This document shows, piece by piece, positions 42,530-52,345 of a stretch of DNA of 64,000 nucleotides. A program made the translations under genes and the position numbers. Under the pieces are notes generated by a model. The model searched no databases. It had not been told where the DNA came from and saw only the letters and a program-made list of their open reading frames with translations. Source of the stretch: Trueperaceae bacterium (GTDB lineage Bacteria > Deinococcota > Deinococci > Deinococcales > Trueperaceae); assembly GCA_965213645.1 (NCBI GenBank), contig CBDBZX010000010.1, forward strand, positions 93,712-157,711, read 5' to 3'. Position 1 is the stretch's first letter, and each line of letters starts with the position of its first letter.

Positions 42530-43807
42530 CTAAAGAGGAGTAAGACTTACCCACAGGCCGTTTTTGGGATGAACCGTGTTGCCCGTTTCCTCCACCGGAG
42601 AGGTCCAAGCGGGCTGAACGTCGTAGCGCTGCACCAACCTGATGAGGCCGACTTTGAGAATGGTCGTGGCGAGCCCCGCGCCGATGCAGTAGCGTGAGCC
42701 GCCGCCGAAAGGGAGATAGGAGAACGGAGGTGGGGCGTCAACCTCGTCGCTCTCGGCGTTCCAGCGCTCGGGGTTGAAGTGAAGCGGGTCGCGGTAGGGA
42801 GCGAGGCGGTGGGTGACGTGGGCTGAAAAGGCCACCAAGCTCCCCTTTTTAAGGTTGTAGCCCGCGAATTCTAAATCTTGCTCGGCTTGCCGCAAGCCTG
42901 CCGGGGCGGGCGGATAGAGCCGCAACGTCTCTTTGATGATGCGCTCTAAATAAGGAAGCTTGAGCGCGTTCACGCCACTAACATCGCTGACCTCTTCTCG
43001 CAAGCGCTTTAGAGCGTCTGGATGTGTGAGGAGCGCGTACACCGCCCAACTCAGCGCCGCGCTCGTCGTGTCGAAGCCCGCCGAAACGAGGCTCACGGCT
43101 TGGTCGCGCACTTCACGGTCTGAGAGACCGTTACCTTCTTCATCTTTCGCGTCTAAGAGCATTCCTACTACGTCGTTCGTCTGAGCACTCAATCGCCGCC
43201 GCGCAATCTCTTTTAGAAGTAGGGTATCGACTTTGCGCCGCGCTGTGAGAAAGCGACGCCAGGCCGTTCCGGGCAGGGGAAGTTTAAGCTGCTGCGCCAA
43301 AAAAGGAAGGTTCGCAAAGCGCATCATCGCGCCGATGTTGGGGACGAGTTCGGGAATGCGCTGTAAGGTCTCGCGCCCTAGCAGCGTCTCACAGATGATG
43401 CTGAGGATGCTGGGGCGAACGCTGCTGTAAAAATCAAAAGGTTGACTCGTGGGCAACTCAGCGAAGAGGTCGCTCAAGCGTCCGTCAATTGCGTTTACCA
43501 TCGGCCCCAAGCGCTTGTGGTGAAAGGCGGGCTGCACCAGTCGGCGGCGGCGCAAATGCGCGGGCTCGTCGCTGGTGATAAGCGCGTAGTCGCCCGTGAT
43601 GGGCTGCAAAAAGCGGTAGGCGCGGCGCAGGGTGAAGTGCTGGGCGGCGTCTTGGAGAACGAAGCAGTTGGCGTCCGCGCCGATGAGCCAGGTGAAGCGC
43701 AGCGGTCCGAAGCCGAAGGCAAACACGGAGCCGTAGCGCTCGTGAAGGCTCATCACGGCGGCGTTGGGGTACGACGCGGCACGTTCCATGACGCGCAGGT
43801 GGTCCAA
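42530..43807 (-). CDS. Cytochrome P450
   Basis: Heme loop FGGGSRYCIGAGLA. ETLRLYPP. Confidence 0.9.
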   Translation of the reverse strand: MDHLRVMERAASYPNAAVMSLHERYGSVFAFGFGPLRFTWLIGADANCFVLQDAAQHFTLRRAYRFLQPITGDYALITSDEPAHLRRRRLVQPAFHHKRLGPMVNAIDGRLSDLFAELPTSQPFDFYSSVRPSILSIICETLLGRETLQRIPELVPNIGAMMRFANLPFLAQQLKLPLPGTAWRRFLTARRKVDTLLLKEIARRRLSAQTNDVVGMLLDAKDEEGNGLSDREVRDQAVSLVSAGFDTTSAALSWAVYALLTHPDALKRLREEVSDVSGVNALKLPYLERIIKETLRLYPPAPAGLRQAEQDLEFAGYNLKKGSLVAFSAHVTHRLAPYRDPLHFNPERWNAESDEVDAPPPFSYLPFGGGSRYCIGAGLATTILKVGLIRLVQRYDVQPAWTSPVEETGNTVHPKNGLWVSLTPL

Positions 43808-43838
43808 ACCTGTAGGAGAGGGGGGGCTAACGGACGCC

Positions 43839-44534
43839 TTAACGTATCCCGTGTAAAATCTCCTCGAGCCCCTCTGGATCGTTGATAAAGACCTCTCTCG
43901 GTTTCGTGCTGATGACCGCCTCGCCCTCCAACGCTTTGAGCGCCCGCGTCACGGTCTCGCGGCTCGTGCCCGCCAAGCTTGCCAGCTCTTGATGGGTAAG
44001 GCGCAAAAGCGCCCTGCCCTCGTCCGCAAAGTCGATGAGGCCGCCCCGGTAAAGCCGCAAAAGCACGTAAGCGACGCGCCCCTGTGCGTCTTTGTAAGAC
44101 AAGACCTGCGCCTCGTCGCCCATGCCGCGCAGCCGTTGGGCGAGCGTATAGGTCACGTTCAAGTTGATGCTCGGATACTCGCTGATCAGCCTGCTGAAGT
44201 CATCCTTGAAGAGCATATAGACGAGCGTATCACGTATCGAAATGGCGGCGGCGCTGCGCCCCTGTTCGCCCAAAAGCGCCATCTCGCCAAAGAACTCGGG
44301 GGGCTTCAAAACAGCTAAGGTCTTCTCGTGGCCCTCCAAGTCGATCTTATAGAGCTTGACCATCCCCTCAGCGAGGATGTAGAGCACTTCACCCATGTCG
44401 CCCTCGCGGAACAAGATATCGTCCTTGCCGACGCGCTTAGGTTGGAGGGATTCGGCGGCGATGTCTAAGGCTCGCTCGGGTGCGCCTTTGAAGAGGGGGA
44501 CTTGGGCGAGAAAGTGAATGAACTGAGACGCCAT
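43839..44534 (-). CDS. Crp/Fnr-family transcriptional regulator
   Basis: cNMP-binding domain (FGEMALL) and HTH TSRETVTRALKALE. Confidence 0.85.
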   Translation of the reverse strand: MASQFIHFLAQVPLFKGAPERALDIAAESLQPKRVGKDDILFREGDMGEVLYILAEGMVKLYKIDLEGHEKTLAVLKPPEFFGEMALLGEQGRSAAAISIRDTLVYMLFKDDFSRLISEYPSINLNVTYTLAQRLRGMGDEAQVLSYKDAQGRVAYVLLRLYRGGLIDFADEGRALLRLTHQELASLAGTSRETVTRALKALEGEAVISTKPREVFINDPEGLEEILHGIR

Positions 44535-44682
44535 TAGCGTGTCTCTCCTCGTACGGTTAAAATCTTAACGGTCAAGTGTTGGTGTGTGGTGACGGCTGCC
44601 CCGCCTTCCTCACGTTTAGAACCTGTCATCAGCACTTAGCCTAGCACAGCGCTAGGCGCGGTTACAGGGGTTTGCGCTCACT

Positions 44683-45420
44683 GTGGTTATATTAACGTCC
44701 GTGAGTCACGCTTCATCACAGACACCCGTGCCCCCACCTGTACCCCCGCTGCGTTGCGCCGAGTTGCGCCGCAGTTTCGACACGCCCGAGACGAGGCTCG
44801 AGATTCTACGCGGCGTCAACCTGACCCTGTATCCCGCGCAAGTCGTCGCCATTTTAGGACCCTCGGGCTCGGGCAAGAGCACACTTTTACACCTCTTAGG
44901 TGGGCTGGATAAACCCACTTCGGGCGAAATCTATTGGGGCGAACGGGCCGTTCACGCCTTGGACCAGCGTGTGCTCGCCAAGGTGCGCACGCACGCGCTT
45001 GGACTTATCTTTCAGCAGCATTATCTGTTAGAAGATTTGAGCGTGTTAGAAAACGTCACCTTACCGGGGCGCATCAGCGGCGCGGTGGACGCCGCGAGAG
45101 GTAAAGACTTACTCAGCCGCGTCGGACTCACGGGGCGCATGAACTTCTTGCCGAAAAAACTGTCCGGCGGCGAACGGCAGCGCGTGGCGGTCGCCAGGGC
45201 CCTCTACAACCGCCCCGGCGTCATCTTGGCCGACGAGCCAACGGGCAGCTTAGACCGCCACAGCGCGAAGGCGGTGTACGAGCTATTAGTCGAACTCGCC
45301 AAAGAGGAGGGGAGCGCGGTCTTGATGGTCACACATGACGAGGGGTTAGTGGAGCGCGTGGACGCTCGCTACTATTTGGAAGAGGGTGTTTTGGAGCCAG
45401 AGGGTAAAGCAGTAAATTAG
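44683..45420 (+). CDS. ABC transporter ATP-binding protein (LolD/MacB-ATPase-like); no adjacent permease gene
   Basis: GPSGSGKSTLL, LSGGERQRVAVARAL, ILADEPTG. Confidence 0.8.
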   Translation: MVILTSVSHASSQTPVPPPVPPLRCAELRRSFDTPETRLEILRGVNLTLYPAQVVAILGPSGSGKSTLLHLLGGLDKPTSGEIYWGERAVHALDQRVLAKVRTHALGLIFQQHYLLEDLSVLENVTLPGRISGAVDAARGKDLLSRVGLTGRMNFLPKKLSGGERQRVAVARALYNRPGVILADEPTGSLDRHSAKAVYELLVELAKEEGSAVLMVTHDEGLVERVDARYYLEEGVLEPEGKAVN

Positions 45421-45482
45421 GTCTGAAGTTGAGAGGTCTCTATGCCCGTCTTTTTCTATCCGATTCTAGCCGATAAACTATT

Positions 45483-46394
45483 TTGATTGATACTTTGACA
45501 TTCGATAAATCTCTAAATGAACATAAAAGGTCACGCCGACTGCGCTTGGGCGTGGCGCTTGGTGGCGGTACGGCTAGGGCCTACGCCCACGTGGGAGCGC
45601 TTAGCGTTTTAGAAGAGGTCGGACATCCCCCCGATGTGCTCACAGGGACGAGCTACGGGGCGCTTATCGGGGCGCTCTACGCGTTAGAGCCTGACGCGCA
45701 GAAAATCGCACGTTGGGCACGCCAGCAAAACATGGTGACGTGGTGGTCGCGCAACCTCGACGCGGGCTTCGCCAGGGCGAGCCTGGTCGCGGGGGAAAGG
45801 ATCGAGCGGTGGCTGGATGAGCTTTTCGGCGGGGCGACCTTTGCAGATACAAAGGTCCCGCTCCTCATCGCCTGCACGGACGTGGACACGGGCGAACTCG
45901 CCCTGTTGCAAGAAGGCTCTTTAGCGAAGGCTGTAAGGGCGAGTTGCGCGTTGCCGGGCATCTACGCCGTGCCTGAGGTGGCGGGGCGGCGGCTGATCGA
46001 CGGCGGCTTCGTGATGCCCGTGCCCGCCGCACCTCTTTTAGAGGTCGCGGATACGGTTATCGGTCTGCACGCGGGGATTGAGGTCGAACGCGCCCGTTCG
46101 GTGGGTTTGCTCAAAAGGGGGTGGGGCTCGAGCCTCGGTCAACACCTCTACACCCGTGCGCTCCGTTCAGAGCGCCGCAATGCGCGGAGCGCGCTCAGCA
46201 AAGGACTCGCCCACGCCGCCGCCTCGTACAGCCGCGCCGCCGCCGTTCCGAACGAATGCTTGCTCGTCAAAACTGCGCCGCCCGTCGCCTGGTGGGACTT
46301 TCACAAGTCCGAGTTGGCAGTCGCGGCGGGTGAACGGGCGATGCGCTTAGCGCTACCCGAACTATTGAAGAGGTTAGAAGGTAAGCTAGTTTAA
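45483..46394 (+). CDS. Patatin-like phospholipase
   Basis: GGGTARAYAHVGAL, GTSYGA (GxSxG), DGGF. Confidence 0.8.
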   Translation: MIDTLTFDKSLNEHKRSRRLRLGVALGGGTARAYAHVGALSVLEEVGHPPDVLTGTSYGALIGALYALEPDAQKIARWARQQNMVTWWSRNLDAGFARASLVAGERIERWLDELFGGATFADTKVPLLIACTDVDTGELALLQEGSLAKAVRASCALPGIYAVPEVAGRRLIDGGFVMPVPAAPLLEVADTVIGLHAGIEVERARSVGLLKRGWGSSLGQHLYTRALRSERRNARSALSKGLAHAAASYSRAAAVPNECLLVKTAPPVAWWDFHKSELAVAAGERAMRLALPELLKRLEGKLV

Positions 46395-46395
46395 T

Positions 46396-46785
46396 ATGTA
46401 CGTGTTTCGTCCCCTTTCACAAACAGCTTGGTTCGTCGCGCTCAGTGACCTTCACGCCGCGCTCACCTCGAGAGACACCCAAGCGGTTCAAAACGCTTAC
46501 ACCTCGCTCTACGCCGCGCTAACTGAAACGAATGCGTCCGATTTAATGAGCGCGGCAGCGCGGGACTTGTGCTGTTTGGACTCGAGCCTCGCTACCGCTG
46601 TTATGGCTTCTAAAGATACGACCTCTCGAGACCTACCCGCTGGACTGCTCGAGGGTGCACGTCATGACCTAGACGCACTTCTCGCACTGCTTAAACGTAA
46701 TTGGCGCGAAGAGGTCTGCGAGTTAGTAGAAAAGCGCGTGCCCCCTCTCGCCGAGCTTGCAGCGGCCTCTCGAATTACCTCTTGA
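46396..46785 (+). CDS. Hypothetical protein, coupled to the downstream ATPase gene
   Basis: 129-aa ORF. Its TGA overlaps a TTG start (cTTGAcc) of the next gene. Confidence 0.4.
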   Translation: MYVFRPLSQTAWFVALSDLHAALTSRDTQAVQNAYTSLYAALTETNASDLMSAAARDLCCLDSSLATAVMASKDTTSRDLPAGLLEGARHDLDALLALLKRNWREEVCELVEKRVPPLAELAAASRITS

Positions 46786-47618
46786 CCTCATCACAGTTGA
46801 AGACCGAAGAGGTCTTGACTCAAGCTCATGGCACGCACTACCGCCAACACGGTTCAGGCCACCTCGCCCGCTACGGGGCGTTCCGCTGGACAGGTCAACG
46901 CTTGGAGGGTATCGCTTACCCCGCCCGAAGTGAGCTGTCGCGGCTGGTCGGCTTAGAGCGCCCGCTAGAACAACTCATTCAGAACACCGAAGCCTTTTTA
47001 GCGTGCAAGCCCGCGCAGCACACCCTTCTCTATGGACCACGGGGCAGCGGTAAATCTACCGCCGTCAAGAGTTTACTGTCACGCTATGAAGAGCGCGGTC
47101 TGCGTTTGATTGAACTGCCCGCGCCCTACCTTTCCAATTTGCCCAAAGTTATCGACCTCTTGCGCGGACGCCCGCACCGCTACGTGCTCTTCGTGGACGA
47201 CCTCAGCTTCGGCAAGGATGACGTGGGTTACGCGCCGCTCAAAACGCTCTTAGAGGGCTCCCTGACCGAGCGCCCCGAGAACATCCTCGTCTACGCCACG
47301 AGCAACCGCCGTCACCTCGTTTCGGAGAGTTTTTCCGACCGCCCCGACCCCTTGAACGACCCTTCTTATAACGATGTGCACGCTTGGGACACGCAGCATG
47401 AGCGCCTCGCGCTAGCAGACCGTTTTGGTTTGACGCTGACCTTCCCAAACGCTACGCAGTCGCGCTATTTGGAGATTGTGCGGGGGTTGGCGGCTCGAGC
47501 GGGAATGGAAGTGGATGACCTAGACGCCAAAGCCGTTCGCTACGCCGAGTGGGGCAACGGTTATTCGGGGCGCACGGCGCAGCAGTTTATAGAGAGGTTG
47601 ACAGCAGGGTTAGCGTAG
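46782..47618 (+). CDS. DUF815-type AAA ATPase
   Basis: YGAFRW...LLYGPRGSGKST...VLFVDDLSF. The start is taken at TTG 46782, because the N-terminus of the track ORF from 46701 looks out of frame. Confidence 0.6.
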   Translation: MTSSQLKTEEVLTQAHGTHYRQHGSGHLARYGAFRWTGQRLEGIAYPARSELSRLVGLERPLEQLIQNTEAFLACKPAQHTLLYGPRGSGKSTAVKSLLSRYEERGLRLIELPAPYLSNLPKVIDLLRGRPHRYVLFVDDLSFGKDDVGYAPLKTLLEGSLTERPENILVYATSNRRHLVSESFSDRPDPLNDPSYNDVHAWDTQHERLALADRFGLTLTFPNATQSRYLEIVRGLAARAGMEVDDLDAKAVRYAEWGNGYSGRTAQQFIERLTAGLA

Positions 47619-48413
47619 CCAGCTTCTGACAGGGTTCTCCAAGTCGAAGAGCGCGTCGTCTACGGGCTCGTTGAACTCGAGGTTGGTAAAGCTCATCTCT
47701 GTTTGGAGGGTAGCCTGGTCATCTTCTAGCGTGTACATCGTCATACCGGACATAATGGTGTGACCACGTACTTCGCGGTACTCCCCTAATACTGTCAGGG
47801 TTTTGGCAGCTTCGGGTGTTGTCTGAACCGACGCGACTAGCGTGTTGTCGTCGCTGAAAATAAGGTGCACCTCTATGGATTCACCCATCGTAGATGCTAC
47901 CGCTGCTGGTACGCCCATCGTGACCGTGACCTGCTCCCCTCGGACGAGCCCGGCGTAGCTTTGGACGCCGTCGTAAGTGGCCGTGTCGTAGTCCACCGGA
48001 TAGAGGTTGGCGGGGTCGAACTGAACCGTTTCCAACATCTCGCCTAGCTGCCCAGCTTGCTCAGCGGGAAGGGGACGAATCTCGCTCTCATCTTCGCCAG
48101 GAAAAAAAGACTGCATAAACGCCTCCCCCTGATCGTAAGCGAACCGCAACGTTAGCGCCTCGTCGAAGTACATCTCTTGATACACGCGGCGTCCTATAAA
48201 GTCCATTACGAGACGTATCTTCGCAGTGAATTCAGCGTTGCCCTCAGGCGTGTAGTTGGTCATATTGATGGTCATGCGGAGCGTATCGAGGTCTAGCGGT
48301 TCAGCCTGCTCCGCAGGCTCTAGTAGCTCGAGGGCACGTTCATCCGCCTGAGCAAAGGCGGGTGAGATAAGTAAGGCGAGTAGAAAGAGGGTGAAACGAA
48401 AAAATGAGGTCAT
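47610..48413 (-). CDS. Secreted hypothetical protein
   Basis: Signal peptide MTSFFRFTLFLLALLISPAFAQ. No recognisable motif. Confidence 0.45.
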   Translation of the reverse strand: MTSFFRFTLFLLALLISPAFAQADERALELLEPAEQAEPLDLDTLRMTINMTNYTPEGNAEFTAKIRLVMDFIGRRVYQEMYFDEALTLRFAYDQGEAFMQSFFPGEDESEIRPLPAEQAGQLGEMLETVQFDPANLYPVDYDTATYDGVQSYAGLVRGEQVTVTMGVPAAVASTMGESIEVHLIFSDDNTLVASVQTTPEAAKTLTVLGEYREVRGHTIMSGMTMYTLEDDQATLQTEMSFTNLEFNEPVDDALFDLENPVRSWLR

Positions 48414-48633
48414 GCGGGCTCCTTTAGCGCATCTTAGAGTGCGGGCGCTCGGCTAAGGGGTGGAAAAGACGCCTGAGACCTTTCACAAAACCTCAATGAA
48501 GCTCACATTGACGCTTTAGCAGACATTTAGCCCGGAACGTCATTGTTAGGCTAACCTACATAGTTCATGACACCGCCTAATACACTTGTGCATCTCTACT
48601 CATTACATCTTGAATTCAAGCAAAGGTGAAACG

Positions 48634-49680
48634 ATGGCTAGACCTCTGATAATCTCACTAATACTCCTCTTCTTAGCCGCGTGCAGCTTCGCGCCGCTCC
48701 GATATACCGTCAATTTGCTCAACGAACTCCCCAACCAGACCTCGGGCAGCTTCACGTTGGACACGTCCTCGAGCACACTCGACCTCTTGCCGCTGCTCGG
48801 TAACGCGGAGGGCAGCTTCCGCCAGAACCTCCCGGCGGGTGGCGTGGATTTTCCGCTCTCGGTCACGTTGCCTACCTCGGCGGGGCAACCTATCGACCTG
48901 ACGAACGAGCCGCTGCCCGTAACCCTAGAGGACGTAACGGTGCGCTATACCCTCTTGCTGACCAGTGAGAACTTGTCGGGAACGCTAGAGGTGCAGCCCT
49001 ATTTGGCTCCAGCAGGGGGCGACGCGGTGGACACGCCAGCTTACGCGCTCGGCGATGTGCAGCGCGTGACCTTAGGGGAGACGAGTACGCTGCAAGCTGA
49101 GGTGATATTGAATGAGGCGCAACTTAGAGGCGTCAATAATAGGAGTTTGCGCTTGGCGCTCGGCGTACGCGGTGAGGCGGGCGTGGCGGCAGCCGGAGAG
49201 GTCGCGCTGGGCTATGAATTTTCGGAGTTGTCCATTGACATCGGCGAGGTTGGCGCGGGGACGAATACCCGCTTGCCCGACGCGGACGGCGAAGCGCTCG
49301 ACTTCACCGACGTGGACGTACCCGGTCCGGGGCGTCTCATCGGCGCGAAACTCAATTACGATCTGACGCTCACCCATGACGCCGTCGCTAGTGGCACGCT
49401 CACCGCGCAGGTCTACGTCGCACCGCCGGGTGAGGAAACGCTCTGGCAGGAGAAGTTCTTGTTCGACGAACAGCGTGTCGATATGGCGCAGCAAGAGGTC
49501 AATATCGTGGGTCAAGCGAGCTTGAACGGCGACCAGCGCCCGCTCTTGGGTGAGCAGCAACTTCGCATCGGTGTACGCATCTCGGGTGACGCCGCCGTAA
49601 ACGTTGGCGACGAGGACGACGAGATTATCGTCACTTACGAGATGAACCAGCTTGACCTCAGAGTCAGCTACGCGCTTTGA
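48634..49680 (+). CDS. Hypothetical lipoprotein
   Basis: MARPLIISLILLFLAACSF lipobox. aaaggtga RBS ahead of the ATG at 48634. Confidence 0.5.
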   Translation: MARPLIISLILLFLAACSFAPLRYTVNLLNELPNQTSGSFTLDTSSSTLDLLPLLGNAEGSFRQNLPAGGVDFPLSVTLPTSAGQPIDLTNEPLPVTLEDVTVRYTLLLTSENLSGTLEVQPYLAPAGGDAVDTPAYALGDVQRVTLGETSTLQAEVILNEAQLRGVNNRSLRLALGVRGEAGVAAAGEVALGYEFSELSIDIGEVGAGTNTRLPDADGEALDFTDVDVPGPGRLIGAKLNYDLTLTHDAVASGTLTAQVYVAPPGEETLWQEKFLFDEQRVDMAQQEVNIVGQASLNGDQRPLLGEQQLRIGVRISGDAAVNVGDEDDEIIVTYEMNQLDLRVSYAL

Positions 49681-50404
49681 GCCAACCTTCCAACCACGTT
49701 TCGGCGTGGGGCATCCCGCTCTCCCGTGCTGCACGAATAAGCGGCGCTACGTCATAGGGCACGCGCCGAAAGGTGAGGCTCGGTTGTTCGCTCACTATAC
49801 TGAGGAGCGCATACTCCGCGTAATGCGGATTGACTGCGCCCTTCGCGCCGTCAAAGAAGGCGAAGGGCAAGCCGACGCTGCCAGGGTTAATGAGAAAACC
49901 TTCTTTGTAGCGGCGCAAAAGCTGCGTGTGCGTGTGGCCGCCCGCCATCACCTGAGCGTAATTGCCCGAAAAGAGGTCATCCAGCGTTTCGTTCGGTGTC
50001 GTGGCAACGATGACATCGTCGAAGGACTTAGGCGAGCCGTGAAAGCACAGCAGCGAGACGCCCTCTATCTCCAAGTTCAAGGTCGGCTCAAAGGTACGCA
50101 CGAACGCGAGGTCATCTTCACGCATCTGCCCGGCGCACCACTGCTCGATGTCGAAAAAGAACTGTGCGTTCTCGCCCGTGACCTCTTCGCGCTGGCGCGG
50201 CTCGAGCATCGCCGCATCAACATTGCCCATCACTACCGGACACTCCAGCGCTTTAACGCCCGAGAGCGCCTCACGCGGCTGCGGGCCGAAGCTCGCCACG
50301 TCGCCCAAGCAGACGATTTGCTCTGCGCCGACCTCTTCGATATTTTTCAGAACGGCCTCTAACCCCGGCAAGTTTCCGTGAATATCTGAGATGATAGCGA
50401 TCAT
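49664..50404 (-). CDS. Metallophosphoesterase (YfcE/MJ0936-like)
   Basis: IAIISDIHGN, CLGDV, GNVD, GGHTH. Confidence 0.8.
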   Translation of the reverse strand: MIAIISDIHGNLPGLEAVLKNIEEVGAEQIVCLGDVASFGPQPREALSGVKALECPVVMGNVDAAMLEPRQREEVTGENAQFFFDIEQWCAGQMREDDLAFVRTFEPTLNLEIEGVSLLCFHGSPKSFDDVIVATTPNETLDDLFSGNYAQVMAGGHTHTQLLRRYKEGFLINPGSVGLPFAFFDGAKGAVNPHYAEYALLSIVSEQPSLTFRRVPYDVAPLIRAARESGMPHAETWLEGWLKARS

Positions 50405-52224
50405 TCCTCTATATTACTCAACTCACCTTTGAGCTGCGCCACCCACGCGGCGAGCGCGTAGGCTTCCCCTCTCGTGAGCGTATCCTCGTTTGCAAACCTC
50501 TCGGGCGCGAACCCGTAGTGACTCCAATTCGGCTCTAAACACAGCCCGACCTCACAGGCGGCCTGGGCGGTCATCTCGAGCGCCAACTGCGGTGTCAATG
50601 CACCTGGAGGCGTGCCGAAGCTCGAGAGTAACGTCTGCCCCAACGCCTCATCGCCCAAAAAGCGCTGCCCGACGTTCGATAAGAGGTAGAGGTAGCCCAA
50701 GGCCGACATCTCCGCGCTCAAGTTCGGCTCGTTCTCGTAGCCGCCGAGCGCCAACCCGCGACCTCTCAGCGTGCGGTACGCCTCGTAAAATTCGTGCGAG
50801 GTGGGGCCGGAAGGCGTGCGCTCTCTGACCTCGGCCAAGTACGCGCCGCGCTCTTCTAAGCGTTCGCGCAGGGCTTGAACTTCACCGACCTCTTCTGCGA
50901 AGGCGGCGGGCGTGAGGTCGCGCTCAGCCGCCCGCGCCGCCGCCACACCTACCGCCTCTCCTAGTGCCATGCCAAAGGGGACCACTCGAGCCGAAGACGC
51001 CGCCAACGGGTCGTAGCCCGCCGCTTTGCCGACGACCCAGAGACCTTCAACCCCTTGCGGGATGCTCACACAGAGCTTCGCCCCGTAAACTTCAGGCGTG
51101 CCGTAGACGTAGCCGTTATCGAAAGGGGTCAGCGTTTGCACGTCTAAAGGGTAGCCGCCCGCGACCACGTCCTCGTCCGTTACGACGTTGCCGAGTACGT
51201 CGTCCACCGTGAGTGTGCAGCGCGTCTCGATGTGGCGCGTCTCGCGGATGTAGAGCCTGTCCGCGACGCCGCCAAAGCGGGCGTTTTCAAAGCCTGGCAG
51301 CTCATTTTTGAGGTAGGCGATGATGCGCGGGGCTTCACGTTCGGCCCTAGCAAAGCCCTCGGTAACGCTCTCAGAATCAAAGGGGTTCACGCCGTAGATA
51401 AGGAGCGCGTTGACCAAAACCGAGCCGTCCGCCTGCTTGCCCAAATTGAGCCCGCGCAGCCTGAGCCCCGCCTCTTGCGCCTCGTACGCCGCTGGGTAGC
51501 CACCGAAGTGTCCCCAGGCGACGTAGTCGTCCACGACAGCGTAGCTTTTACCTCTTGCCCGAACACCCCACTTCAGCGCGTTCCAGTCCACCCCGTCGAT
51601 CTGGAAGACGAGCGTGTCTGCCATGCGCTCGTTTAGGCCGAGCGAGGCGAAGCCTAGTGTGAAGGGTGCGCCTGCGGCGGCGTTGAGGTCGGCCTCGGCG
51701 GTGGCGTCGATAATCTGCGAGGCGCTCACCCTTTTGCCGTTGATTTGGACGCCTGTGACGCGCTGATTCTCGAGCACAGGATCAACCTCCGCGCCAAGCT
51801 GCAAGGCAACCCCGGCCTCGCTCAACATCTCGACAAACGCGCTCTCCGCCTCGCGCACGTCGAACGACCCGCCGCGCCCGACGCGCGCCCACCAGTCCAA
51901 AAAGAGCCCCTGCTGATACGTGGGCTGCGTGCGCAGGTCGAGCGAGTTCATCTGACCGAGCACGAAGAGCCCGCCGACCCGCGCGTCTTCGCTCACCAGC
52001 AAGGTGCGTGCGCCCTCTTGCGCCGCCGCCACCGCCGCTGTGACCCCCTCGGGCTCGCTGCCGACGACGATGACGTCATAGTCGTTCTGGGTAGAGTCGT
52101 TCGGAGTGGTTCGTGAATCAGTGGTGGTTTGAGGTTGTCCAAGAGCGAGGTTAGCCAATAGCAAAACCAGTAAAAGGTAGTGTAAGGTACGAAGTCGAGA
52201 CAGGGCGTGTGACATCGGCCTCAA
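50401..52224 (-). CDS. Secreted FAD-dependent oxidoreductase
   Basis: Signal peptide. Dinucleotide fold YDVIVVGSEPEGVTAAVAAAQEGARTLLV. ATGA overlap with the downstream gene. Confidence 0.65.
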   Translation of the reverse strand: MRPMSHALSRLRTLHYLLLVLLLANLALGQPQTTTDSRTTPNDSTQNDYDVIVVGSEPEGVTAAVAAAQEGARTLLVSEDARVGGLFVLGQMNSLDLRTQPTYQQGLFLDWWARVGRGGSFDVREAESAFVEMLSEAGVALQLGAEVDPVLENQRVTGVQINGKRVSASQIIDATAEADLNAAAGAPFTLGFASLGLNERMADTLVFQIDGVDWNALKWGVRARGKSYAVVDDYVAWGHFGGYPAAYEAQEAGLRLRGLNLGKQADGSVLVNALLIYGVNPFDSESVTEGFARAEREAPRIIAYLKNELPGFENARFGGVADRLYIRETRHIETRCTLTVDDVLGNVVTDEDVVAGGYPLDVQTLTPFDNGYVYGTPEVYGAKLCVSIPQGVEGLWVVGKAAGYDPLAASSARVVPFGMALGEAVGVAAARAAERDLTPAAFAEEVGEVQALRERLEERGAYLAEVRERTPSGPTSHEFYEAYRTLRGRGLALGGYENEPNLSAEMSALGYLYLLSNVGQRFLGDEALGQTLLSSFGTPPGALTPQLALEMTAQAACEVGLCLEPNWSHYGFAPERFANEDTLTRGEAYALAAWVAQLKGELSNIEE

Positions 52225-52345
52225 TCTACCAAGCGGAGCTCGAGGCGGTATGTGAGCTTCTTACCTCTTTATCCCCCCAGCACCCTTTAAGCAGATATTT
52301 ACCCCAGGCTCATAGCCTCCTCTTACAGGGGTGATAGCATATCGC

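Noticed and set aside
46396-47618. A single frameshifted gene spanning ORFs 46396-46785 and 46701-47618
   Set aside because: A TTG start at 46782 overlapping the upstream TGA (TTGA) gives a sensible DUF815 N-terminus (…YGAFRW…). Two coupled genes explain the data without a frameshift.
49072-50362. ORFs 49072-49734 (-) and 49652-50362 (+), 220 and 236 aa
   Set aside because: They are antisense to the lipoprotein gene and the metallophosphoesterase gene respectively. The sense-strand products have clear signal-peptide or catalytic motifs, and these ORFs have none.
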